Shown here: positions 28,833-37,237 of the stretch, one piece after another
How positions within the stretch are numbered: the stretch's first letter is position 1
How the letters are laid out: every line of letters starts with the position of its first letter
Assembly: GCA_018920315.1 (NCBI GenBank)
Contig: JAHLMP010000002.1
Span: forward strand, 48,075 to 112,074
Direction: 5' to 3'
Source of the DNA: Candidatus Aenigmatarchaeota archaeon
GTDB taxonomy: Archaea > Aenigmatarchaeota > Aenigmatarchaeia > GW2011-AR5 > JAHLMP01
DNA length: 64,000 nucleotides
Notes under the pieces: generated by a model
What the model was told of the DNA's origin: nothing
The model's database searches: none
What the model saw: the letters and a program-made list of their open reading frames with translations, nothing else
Made by a program: the position numbers and the translations under genes

Positions 28833-30308
28833 TTACTCTTCCTTCTCTCTCAGTTGAGGAAATGCTATAACATCGCGAATTGTTCTAGAGTTTGTAAATA
28901 TCATTACTAAGCGATCTATTCCAATACCTATGCCGCAAGTAGGTGGCATTCCATGCTCTATTGCGAGCAAGAAATCCTCGTCAAGAGGATGCTCTTCAGT
29001 GCCACGCTTTAGTTGATGAATCAAATTATCACGAAGCATTATTGGATCATTAATCTCAGTATAGTTGTTTCCTATCTCCATGCCGCAAACAAATACTTCA
29101 AATCTTTCAGTATAGTTAGGATTATCTCTGCAAACTTTTGCTAATGGAGAAACCTCTTTTGGATAATTGTAAATTATTATAGGACCAGTGAGTTTTTCTT
29201 GTACAATCTCCTCGAAGATAATATTAATCATTTCTCCTTTTGTTACATTTTCAGGAATTTCTATATTATGTCTTAGCTTTCTTACCTTTTCTATTAACTC
29301 TTCAATACTATTTTTCTCAACATCTATTCCAATATATTCCTTTATCGCTTCTACCATTGTCATTCTTTTCCAAGGTGTTGAAAAATCTAATTCTATCCCA
29401 AGATAATTTATCTTTGTAGTTTCTAAAACCTTTTTAGCAGCATAAGCTACGAGTTCTTCAAAAAGTTTCATACCATCAAAATAATCAGCATAAGCAATCA
29501 TTGCTTCTAATTGTAAGAACTCTGGATTGTGATTTCTATCTATGCCTTCGTTTCTAAAGTCAACTGAAAATTCAAAAACCTTTTCAAAGCCACCTGCTAT
29601 AAGCCTCTTAAGATACATCTCGTTAGAAATTCTTAAGTACATTTCCATTCCTAACTCATGATGATAGGTTTTAAATGGCCTTGCAAAAGCACCTCCATAA
29701 ATTGGTTGTAATATAGGAGTCTCTACTTCTATATATCCTTTATTAATCAAAAATTCTCTAATCGCGTTTATAATTTTTGATCTTTTTATTAATGTTTCTT
29801 TTACTTCAGGATTCATCAACATATCTAAATATCTTCTTCTATATCTTGCTTCTATATCTTTTAGTCCAAACCATTCCTTTGGAAGCCCTCTAAGAGATTT
29901 TGTTAGAATTTCAAACTTATTTACCCAAACGCTTAACTCGCCTCTCTTTGTTTTAAAGACAAATCCTTCTGCTCCTATTATATCAGCGACATCAACATAT
30001 TTGTAAAATATCGAAAAACTTTCTTTTCCAAGTGTTGCCTCATCTAAAAATAGTTGAATTCTTCCTGTGAAGTCTTCTAAATCTGCAAATATTGCTTTTC
30101 CATGCTCCCTAATACTTCTTATTCTGCCAGCAATTTTTACTTTTACTTCTTCTAACTTTTCTTCAGGATAGATATTACCATACTTTTCTATTATTTCCTT
30201 TATTGCATGCGTTCTATCAAAGTGATAAGCATATGGGTTTATTCCTAGTTTTCTAAGTTCTTCAACCTTTTTTAATCTTTCCTCATATTCCTTTGTCATC
30301 TTACTCAC
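28833..30308 (-). CDS. lysS: lysyl-tRNA synthetase, class II
   Basis: Strong similarity to class II LysRS motifs: ETPILQPIYGGAFARPF, FRNEGIDRNHNPEF, GIGIGIDRLVMIFTNSRTIRDVIAFP. Confidence 0.85.
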   Translation of the reverse strand: MSKMTKEYEERLKKVEELRKLGINPYAYHFDRTHAIKEIIEKYGNIYPEEKLEEVKVKIAGRIRSIREHGKAIFADLEDFTGRIQLFLDEATLGKESFSIFYKYVDVADIIGAEGFVFKTKRGELSVWVNKFEILTKSLRGLPKEWFGLKDIEARYRRRYLDMLMNPEVKETLIKRSKIINAIREFLINKGYIEVETPILQPIYGGAFARPFKTYHHELGMEMYLRISNEMYLKRLIAGGFEKVFEFSVDFRNEGIDRNHNPEFLQLEAMIAYADYFDGMKLFEELVAYAAKKVLETTKINYLGIELDFSTPWKRMTMVEAIKEYIGIDVEKNSIEELIEKVRKLRHNIEIPENVTKGEMINIIFEEIVQEKLTGPIIIYNYPKEVSPLAKVCRDNPNYTERFEVFVCGMEIGNNYTEINDPIMLRDNLIHQLKRGTEEHPLDEDFLLAIEHGMPPTCGIGIGIDRLVMIFTNSRTIRDVIAFPQLREKEE

Positions 30309-30427
30309 TTTAAATTTGAAATTTCACTTCAAATTCTGTTAATAATTTCTTTGTAAATCTTCAAAAATAATTTATCACATTGATTATAAATTTTTAAATC
30401 TAAGAAAAACCATTCTAAATCTAAGAA

Positions 30428-31126
30428 TTGGCGAAAAAATTAATAAGATGGTACAATACTATAATAATGGAAAAAATAACATTATCATTTATTCTAATAA
30501 TTTTACTCTCCTTTCTTTTTAGCATTTACTTTTATCCAAAAATTCCAGAAAGAATGGCTACACATTGGAATGCTAAAGGAGAGGTAGATAGCTATCTTCC
30601 AAAGGCTATTGGAATTTTTATAATTCCATTCTCTTTGATTCCTATTTTTATTATTTTTTACTTGATTCCGAAAATAGACCCTTTAAAGAAAAATATAGAA
30701 TGTTTTAGAAAATATTATGATATTTTCGCTATTTTGTTTTTCCTATTCATGTTGTCATTTCATATTTGGATTATTTTATGGAATGTTGGTATTACTATAA
30801 ATCCACAAGTATTTTTACCAATAGCATTTTCATTCCTCTTTTTTTACTTATCAATTCTTCTTGAAAATGCTAAAAGAAATTGGTTTGTAGGAATAAGAAC
30901 TCCGTGGACATTAAGTAGCGAAAAGGTTTGGAAAAATACGCACAAGCTTGGAGGAAAATTGTTTAGAATTGTTGCAATTTTATCTTTTATTGGAATTTTT
31001 TTCGGAAAATATTCTTGGTTTTTTATCTTAGTTCCAGTAATTCTAATTTCAATCTATTTAATTTTATATTCCTATTTTGAATACGAAAGAGAAATTAGAG
31101 CCAAGAAAAAATTTAGCAAGAACTAA
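30428..31126 (+). CDS. SdpI/YhfL-family membrane protein (DUF1648 + SdpI)
   Basis: NWFVGIRTPWTLSSEKVW motif and four TM helices. Confidence 0.45.
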   Translation: MAKKLIRWYNTIIMEKITLSFILIILLSFLFSIYFYPKIPERMATHWNAKGEVDSYLPKAIGIFIIPFSLIPIFIIFYLIPKIDPLKKNIECFRKYYDIFAILFFLFMLSFHIWIILWNVGITINPQVFLPIAFSFLFFYLSILLENAKRNWFVGIRTPWTLSSEKVWKNTHKLGGKLFRIVAILSFIGIFFGKYSWFFILVPVILISIYLILYSYFEYEREIRAKKKFSKN

Positions 31127-31218
31127 GAAAATGTAACTAAACACATAAAATTTTTTATTTCTTATTTTATAATTATTATCTATCATAAACCAAAATTAAA
31201 CAAGAATAAAAATTAAAT

Positions 31219-31355
31219 CCCGCCTTAGCTCAATGGTAGTGCGAAGCTATTAAAGAGCAGTCGGCTGTAGATTTTTTATTAGAAACCGACGTGTTGCCGG
31301 TTCGAGTCTTTTCGTTAAATTTTGAAAATCAAGAGCGAAATTCCGGCAGGCGGGA
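31219..31355 (+). tRNA. tRNA-Tyr (anticodon GTA) with insertions in D-loop, anticodon loop and T-loop (137 nt gene)
   Basis: Acceptor CCCGCCT/AGGCGGG with C1:G72 (archaeal Tyr identity). D-stem GCTC/GAGC encloses a 23-nt loop. Anticodon stem GTCGG/CCGAC has a 21-nt loop carrying GTA. T-stem GCCGG/CCGGC encloses about 42 nt. Confidence 0.7.
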
Positions 31356-31493
31356 TTTATTTTTATAAAATCAATTTTGTGAAAATCCACAAATATAATT
31401 TATTTACAAAATTAAGAAAATGAATAAGATCTAGAAGAATAACAAGTTTGCAAATTAAGAATTTTTACTCTCGAATCTATAACAATTTAGATA

Positions 31494-32108
31494 CTAACCC
31501 TTCTTCTTTTCATGAATTCTTGCAACGTTCATAGAAACAGTTACTGGAATAGGAATAACAGCATCTAAAAGCTCGATAACAAGCTCTTGTTTAGCTTCAT
31601 CAACTCTTGTAACCTTTGCTTTCTCTCCTTTAAAAGGTCCGGATATAATTTCTACTATATCTCCTTCTTCAATCTTTATAACTTCCTTTTCTGGTATCAA
31701 GAATCTTTCTATTTCTTTAATATTAACCTCTTTCTTAATGACACCCTTCACATGTGGAATGTTTTTTATTGTTTCTTGAACGTCATCAAGCTCGCCTTCT
31801 ATAAATATATATCCTTTCATATCTTCTGTGTGAAGTATTGCTTTTATTGGAAGATTTCTTTTTTCTACGAGCTTTATATTCTCTAAACTTACGAGAATGC
31901 TTTCGCTATTAGAAAGTTCGACCTCGGCCTTTTCATTTACTTTATCAATATTTTTTACTAAACCACGCGCCCCCTTTTGTTCACCTTCGATAATTTCTAC
32001 TATATCTCCTTTAGAAGGTTTTTTCATAATTACAGATTTAATCCTGGCAACTATTGACGTTATTATGACTTTTTCTCTTCCGCTTGTTGTTCTTATTGCA
32101 TATAACAT
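31494..32108 (-). CDS. spt5: transcription elongation factor Spt5 (NusG homolog) with internal KOW-like insertion in the NGN domain
   Basis: N-terminal NGN MLYAIRTTSGREKVI; C-terminal KOW GDIVEIISGPFKGEKAKVTRVD. A similar element, GDIVEIIEGEQKGARGLVKNID, is inserted at aa 35-90. Confidence 0.7.
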   Translation of the reverse strand: MLYAIRTTSGREKVIITSIVARIKSVIMKKPSKGDIVEIIEGEQKGARGLVKNIDKVNEKAEVELSNSESILVSLENIKLVEKRNLPIKAILHTEDMKGYIFIEGELDDVQETIKNIPHVKGVIKKEVNIKEIERFLIPEKEVIKIEEGDIVEIISGPFKGEKAKVTRVDEAKQELVIELLDAVIPIPVTVSMNVARIHEKKKG

Positions 32109-32124
32109 TCAAACCCCCTATAGA

Positions 32125-32325
32125 TTAGAGTCTAAAAACTAAAATTTGAAATACCAAAAATATTATAAAGCCTATCAAGCCAAGTATGACAATTCCAATT
32201 CCAGTAATCTTCACCGCTTGCCTAAACTCTTCTTTATTAGGCTTACTCGCCACTAAAAGTACACGTTTACATTGCAAGATAAATGATTTAATACGATCTT
32301 TAATATTTGCTAAAATAAGTATCAC
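32125..32325 (-). CDS. secE: protein translocase subunit SecE (Sec61 gamma)
   Basis: 66 aa with a single C-terminal TM; KPNKEEFRQAVKITGIGIVILG; lies upstream of spt5 as in archaea. Confidence 0.7.
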   Translation of the reverse strand: MILILANIKDRIKSFILQCKRVLLVASKPNKEEFRQAVKITGIGIVILGLIGFIIFLVFQILVFRL

Positions 32326-32449
32326 CGATTAGATATTTTTATCAATTAAATTTATCAATTAAAAAGAAAGTTTAAATTTGTTTTATTTGGAACGAGTTTA
32401 TAAATTATATTTAAAAAATAATAAAAGATTTAATTTTTTTAGTTAATTT

Positions 32450-33526
32450 ATGAGAGAAGTTAAGAAAATATTATACACATACTCAAGACCTTCACCATTT
32501 GTTGGGTTGAAAGGAAAGGAAAATGCAAAGATAAGCACTAGAAGCTATTATCAGGCAAAACGAGAGTTATTTCCTAGCTTGGATGTTTGCTTTATAAATA
32601 GATTTGAAGATATTTGCAATGAAGAGATTGAAAAAAGAAAAAGATTTCCACCTTCTGGAAGAGAACTTGTAAGGAAAATTTCTTTACCAGCTGGGATGGA
32701 AATAAAATTTTTTGTTCAGCCACAAGTAAGATGCTCTTATGAGTCTGTTTTAAACAGTTTAGAAGAAACGTTAACAGATCTTATGAATGATGCACTTGAT
32801 GGCTATTTTCCCGAATATATAAAGATATACAGTGGAGAACCCTATATTGCTCTCGATGTTCTATTATTTAGAATTGCAAAAAGAAAAATTGAAAAGTATA
32901 GTAGAGAAGAAATTTCTAAAATAATTAAAATAGAGCCAGAAGATAAACTATTCTCTGATACTAATAATAAAAAGAAAAAGAGATTAATTTTGCCATATGA
33001 ATTTACTACAGAGGGAAAAGAGAAAATAAATTTGGAATTTTTAGATGATGAAACATTTAGAAAAGCAATAGAAAACGAAGATTATAATGAAGAGCTTCAG
33101 CTGTCTGGTATAGAATATTTGAGAGCAACAGAATTTAAAGGTTCTGTAGAGCTTGCAACTTGCATACCATTTGAAGAAGAAGTTAAAAGGGTTTCGAAAG
33201 AAAGAAAAACATCTTGGATAGAGATAGAAGATTTGTTATTTTATGTTCCTCGAATTATAAGAGAAGTTACAAAATATGGAGAGATATACAAGAAACTTTT
33301 CTCCACAGACAAAAAATCGCCCGGAGAGTTTTATATTCTAATGATGGATGAAAAAGAATACGAAGACATCAAAAAAGGATTTGAAGATAGAATAAAGAAA
33401 AGAGCTGGAAGTATCTACATACCAATAGAAGTTGTAATAAATAAAATTAAAGAATATAGAGAAAGTGATGAATTTAAAACAAGAGTGGAGCAATATAGAG
33501 AAATAATACCGACTATGATATTTTAA
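32450..33526 (+). CDS. hypothetical protein, operonic with eIF2B-like isomerase
   Basis: 358-aa ORF ending 5 bp before the next gene; no motif recognised. Confidence 0.3.
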   Translation: MREVKKILYTYSRPSPFVGLKGKENAKISTRSYYQAKRELFPSLDVCFINRFEDICNEEIEKRKRFPPSGRELVRKISLPAGMEIKFFVQPQVRCSYESVLNSLEETLTDLMNDALDGYFPEYIKIYSGEPYIALDVLLFRIAKRKIEKYSREEISKIIKIEPEDKLFSDTNNKKKKRLILPYEFTTEGKEKINLEFLDDETFRKAIENEDYNEELQLSGIEYLRATEFKGSVELATCIPFEEEVKRVSKERKTSWIEIEDLLFYVPRIIREVTKYGEIYKKLFSTDKKSPGEFYILMMDEKEYEDIKKGFEDRIKKRAGSIYIPIEVVINKIKEYRESDEFKTRVEQYREIIPTMIF

Positions 33527-33531
33527 GCTAA

Positions 33532-34587
33532 ATGAAAGTGAAAAAAATGATGGTAGGAAATAAATGGTATCAAAGCGTTTGGTTTTCTAATAATGAGGTT
33601 TGTCTAATAGATCAAACAAAGCTCCCTTTCAAATTTGAGATTTTTAAGGCAAGAAATTATGTTGATGTAGTAAAAGCAATAAAAACTATGATAGTCAGAG
33701 GAGCGTCAGCAATAGGAGTTACAGCTGCATATGGAATAGCACAAGCTTTTATTCAAGGAAATTTAGAAGAAGCTAAAGAAAAAATAGCAAATGCAAGGCC
33801 AACAGCAAGAGATCTAAGGCATGCTGTAGAGCATATGATAAATTTTATTCAAAAAAGAATAGAAGAAAATGGAAAAGTTACTAAAGAAGAGGTTATTAAA
33901 GAGGCCGAGAGTTTTGCGAATACTACTGTAGAGAATTGCAAAAGAATAGGGAAGTTTGGCAAGAGGTTAATAAAGGATAATACAAAAATTATGACCCATT
34001 GCAATGCAGGTTGGCTTGCCTCAGTAGATTGGGGAACTGTAACCTCTTCTATCTATATGGCAAAAAGAGAAGGAAAGGATGTATTTGTCTATGTTAGCGA
34101 GACAAGACCAAGATTGCAAGGGGCAAGATTAACAGCATGGGAGCTTTATAATGAAAATATAAAGCATGCGATAATTTGTGATAATGCAAGCGCATACTTT
34201 ATGCATGATGTTGACATCATTATTGTTGGTGCGGATAGAATAGCAAGAAATGGTGATATAGCTAATAAGATAGGAACTCTTGATAAAGCAATATTAGCAA
34301 AGGAGTATGGAGTACCATTTTATGTAGCAAGTTCTACAAATAGTTTTGATTTTAATTGTAGAACAGGAAAGGAAATTCCTATTGAGCAAAGAAGCGAGGA
34401 AGAAGTAAAGTTTATAGATAAAAAGCTGATAGCAAATAAAGATTCGAAAGCTTTAAATCCTGCTTTTGATGTTACTCCAAGAAAATATATAAAAGGCATT
34501 ATTACAGAGTTTGGAATAGTCAAGCCAAGCGAGATGAAAGATTTGGTAAGAAGGGTTAGAAAAATGAAAAAGAAATTAGAAAGATAA
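33532..34587 (+). CDS. eIF-2B alpha/beta/delta-related isomerase (ribose-1,5-bisphosphate / methylthioribose-1-phosphate isomerase family)
   Basis: RGASAIGVTAAYGIAQA, CNAGWLA and VGADRIARNGDIANKIGT motifs of the e2B2/MtnA family. Confidence 0.75.
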   Translation: MKVKKMMVGNKWYQSVWFSNNEVCLIDQTKLPFKFEIFKARNYVDVVKAIKTMIVRGASAIGVTAAYGIAQAFIQGNLEEAKEKIANARPTARDLRHAVEHMINFIQKRIEENGKVTKEEVIKEAESFANTTVENCKRIGKFGKRLIKDNTKIMTHCNAGWLASVDWGTVTSSIYMAKREGKDVFVYVSETRPRLQGARLTAWELYNENIKHAIICDNASAYFMHDVDIIIVGADRIARNGDIANKIGTLDKAILAKEYGVPFYVASSTNSFDFNCRTGKEIPIEQRSEEEVKFIDKKLIANKDSKALNPAFDVTPRKYIKGIITEFGIVKPSEMKDLVRRVRKMKKKLER

Positions 34588-34651
34588 GTGAGAAAAGATC
34601 GGAGTAAAAAGATGAAGAAGAAATTAGAAGATGAGCGAGAAAAAGATCTGG
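34560..34651. repeat. imperfect tandem duplication (about 44 bp x 2) spanning the stop codon of the isomerase gene
   Basis: aaaatgaaaaagaaattagaaagataagtgagaaaagatcgga versus aaagatgaagaagaaattagaagatgagcgagaaaaagatctgga. Confidence 0.7.
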
Positions 34652-34930
34652 ATTATAAGTAATAATTTGATTAATATCCATAAGTAATTATACTGAAATT
34701 ATAAGAATTTGAAAATAAATATGAAATAGACAATTTTGGCGATAATTTATACTGGTGATCTTATGCAAGATTTTGAAGAAAAAATGGAATATTTTGAATC
34801 TAAAAGAAAAAAGAAGTATAGGAGAATTTACAAAAAAGGAAGAGAGATTTTGAAAAAGAAGTAAGAAATAGCAAAATATCTAAATCGATTAGCGTATGGT
34901 GATCTAATTTATCTAATGCAGAGATAAGCA

Positions 34931-35317
34931 TTACTTAGATTTCCAAAGTCCGTGAAGATTACAATATTCTCTTGCCTCTATTTTATTTCCTTTTACACAG
35001 AATTCTGCTTCTGGCTTTTCTCCTGGTATAAGAAACTTTTTGTAAGAAGCGTCATCTACTATCAATTCGATCCACTCTATATAATGTTTTTCTTCCATAG
35101 GATGCGGTACTGAACCTACTTTAACTTTTATAGAATCTTTTAAAATTTCAATTACTGGAACATGTTTCTCTTTTCCGGTATCTTCTGTTTTTTCAATTAG
35201 CTTTTCCATTGGCACGCCACAACAAACTAGAACTCCTGAACCTTCATGCAAAACTTCTACGATATTTCCGCATATATTGCATTTATAAATTTCAAATCTT
35301 TTAGTCATGCAATCCAT
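34931..35317 (-). CDS. dfx: desulfoferrodoxin (2Fe superoxide reductase)
   Basis: N-terminal desulforedoxin [10 protein letters not shown]...LVCCG; C-terminal SOR centre with EKHVPVIE and histidines. Confidence 0.8.
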   Translation of the reverse strand: MDCMTKRFEIYKCNICGNIVEVLHEGSGVLVCCGVPMEKLIEKTEDTGKEKHVPVIEILKDSIKVKVGSVPHPMEEKHYIEWIELIVDDASYKKFLIPGEKPEAEFCVKGNKIEAREYCNLHGLWKSK

Positions 35318-35460
35318 TCCAACGAAACGATATTAATTAAATTTAACATTCCAAATCTATAAATTAATTATTTAAACCAATTATCTCGCGATTATTAAAT
35401 AAACTAGAAAATCATCAACCTTAAATCATCAACCTTGTGTCTATACTAATTAAGTTACAT

Positions 35461-35470
35461 TTTTATATAT
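35461..35470 (+). promoter_or_regulatory. TATA-box-like element upstream of the Cys-rich pilin-like gene
   Basis: ttttatatat lies about 31-40 nt upstream of ATG 35501. Confidence 0.3.
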
Positions 35471-35500
35471 CAAAAAATAAAATATATTTTAGTGATTTAG

Positions 35501-35863
35501 ATGCAACTAAAAAGTTTAAAAGGTATTAGCTTACCAGTAAACCTAATAGTGATTCTAGCAGTAGCAATAATAGTTTTGCTAATAGCAGTGACTTTTCTAA
35601 TTCCATTTGTTTTTGGTCCAGGAATATATATTAGAGATGATGAAGCATGGAGAAGAGGTTGTATGATATGGCAGCAAAGAGGATGTAGAGCAGAAGATAT
35701 TGAAAATATAATAATAGAAAATTACGATCCTGACGGCGATAATAAATTTGATAATTTGCTAGTTGCGTGCAGAAGAGCTCTCAGGTATACAAATCCAGAA
35801 GACTGTAGAAGAGCATGCTGCATAATTCCTGAGGGAAAAACACAAGAACAACAACAAACATAA
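35501..35863 (+). CDS. small secreted cysteine-rich protein with class III (type IV pilin-like) signal peptide
   Basis: MQLKSLKG|ISLPVNLIVILAVAIIVLLIAV (K-G followed by a hydrophobic helix); 8 Cys in the C-terminal 80 aa. Confidence 0.4.
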   Translation: MQLKSLKGISLPVNLIVILAVAIIVLLIAVTFLIPFVFGPGIYIRDDEAWRRGCMIWQQRGCRAEDIENIIIENYDPDGDNKFDNLLVACRRALRYTNPEDCRRACCIIPEGKTQEQQQT

Positions 35864-36017
35864 AGAACCTTAGAGGGTTAAAGATCGAAAATAATGTAAT
35901 AGCTTGACAATTAAGCTTGGATGACTAGCAATTTAATAAATTTAAGGAATAATTAAGTGTTTTGCGTTTTTAAGTTAAACTTTTTTATATTTTCATGCAT
36001 TAATAATTTTTTACAAA

Positions 36018-37208
36018 TTACAATTTTTCCCAAATTAATATATATTCTTTTATTATTCCTTTCTTTTTTCTTTCTGGAGTCGTGAATATTCTTTTATTTA
36101 CTACAAGGGTTTTTTTGATTTCGTAACCAATATAACTGGCAATAGAATTTAACAAATTACTTGCATTTATTACAACCTCTTCTTCTACAAAAACACCATC
36201 ACCAATTACAATCGATATTTTAGCATTTTCCTTAGCTACTCTATACATCTCTTTTATCGCAAGATATATATCGTTTGCATAAGCTATGGCTTGTGGTAGT
36301 TTTTCTATCTTTTCTTTCATCTCGTTGTTAATAGCTTTTTCCGCATCTTCCAAAAGTTTTATTTCTGGTTTTACTCTTTGACCTATAAAGGATCTTATTG
36401 AGCTTATACCCTTTTTCATCTCCTCTTTTAAAAATAGCTCTTGCTCTATTGCATATACTTTTGTATATTCTATTTTGTTAAGATATGGAGGTGATGTTAT
36501 TATTGCATCTATGCAAGAATCTTCTATATTTAATCTTCTTGCATCTCCATAATCTACAATTATTTCGCAAGGCATTTTTTCAAATGATTTTAAGTCTTTA
36601 AACATTCTATATATCTGTCTTCTAAATATATCCCTTAAAGGTGCTATTTCCTTTTTTCTTACCTTTAAACTTCCACCATCTTTATAAATATAGCTGCATT
36701 TTATGCTAGCATTAATTAATGCAAGAAGAAAGAATTCCCTTGTACTCAAATCTTCTATTTTCATGATTTCATTTTTGAAGAATATAGCATCTTCTAAGGT
36801 ATATATTGAAAAGAATTTGAGTAATTCCTTAGGGATGGGCAATCTTTTAAACTTAGCTTTTAATAGCTGTTTCGCATGCAATTTTAATTTTTCAATATCG
36901 TAATCTCTTGTTTTTACCCTACTTGCAAAAACAGCTATTGGCAAAACATCAAAACCTATGCTATCTATGCCTTTCTCTTTGCATGCAAGAAGAGTAGTTC
37001 CACAACCGCAGAAAGGATCTAAAACCAAGTTGCCTTGCTTTATATTGAATTTCTCAAGCATCATAAAAACAAAATCTCGAGAAAATCCTTCCTTAAAATA
37101 AAGCCAATTGTATATTGGCAATTTTTTATTTGGCACAAAGGTTACAAGCTTTCCTAACTCTAAAGCCTCTTTTTCATCTCCTTCCATGAATTTATTTTCT
37201 AAAAACAA
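36018..37208 (-). CDS. DNA N6-adenine/N4-cytosine methyltransferase (PF01555-like), no adjacent nuclease
   Basis: LPIYNWLYFKEGFS...LVLDPFCGCGTTLLAC (motif I with the upstream hp..fP..L block) and IITSPPY (motif IV). Confidence 0.65.
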   Translation of the reverse strand: MFLENKFMEGDEKEALELGKLVTFVPNKKLPIYNWLYFKEGFSRDFVFMMLEKFNIKQGNLVLDPFCGCGTTLLACKEKGIDSIGFDVLPIAVFASRVKTRDYDIEKLKLHAKQLLKAKFKRLPIPKELLKFFSIYTLEDAIFFKNEIMKIEDLSTREFFLLALINASIKCSYIYKDGGSLKVRKKEIAPLRDIFRRQIYRMFKDLKSFEKMPCEIIVDYGDARRLNIEDSCIDAIITSPPYLNKIEYTKVYAIEQELFLKEEMKKGISSIRSFIGQRVKPEIKLLEDAEKAINNEMKEKIEKLPQAIAYANDIYLAIKEMYRVAKENAKISIVIGDGVFVEEEVVINASNLLNSIASYIGYEIKKTLVVNKRIFTTPERKKKGIIKEYILIWEKL

Positions 37209-37237
37209 ATTAAATAACTATTTTTAAGATCATAATT

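Noticed and set aside
31375-31390. Shared 11-mer tgtgaaaatcc downstream of tRNA-Tyr and inside the tRNA-Pro T-loop intron (60150-60161)
   Set aside because: It is too short to support a repeat-family or att-site interpretation without a genome-wide count.
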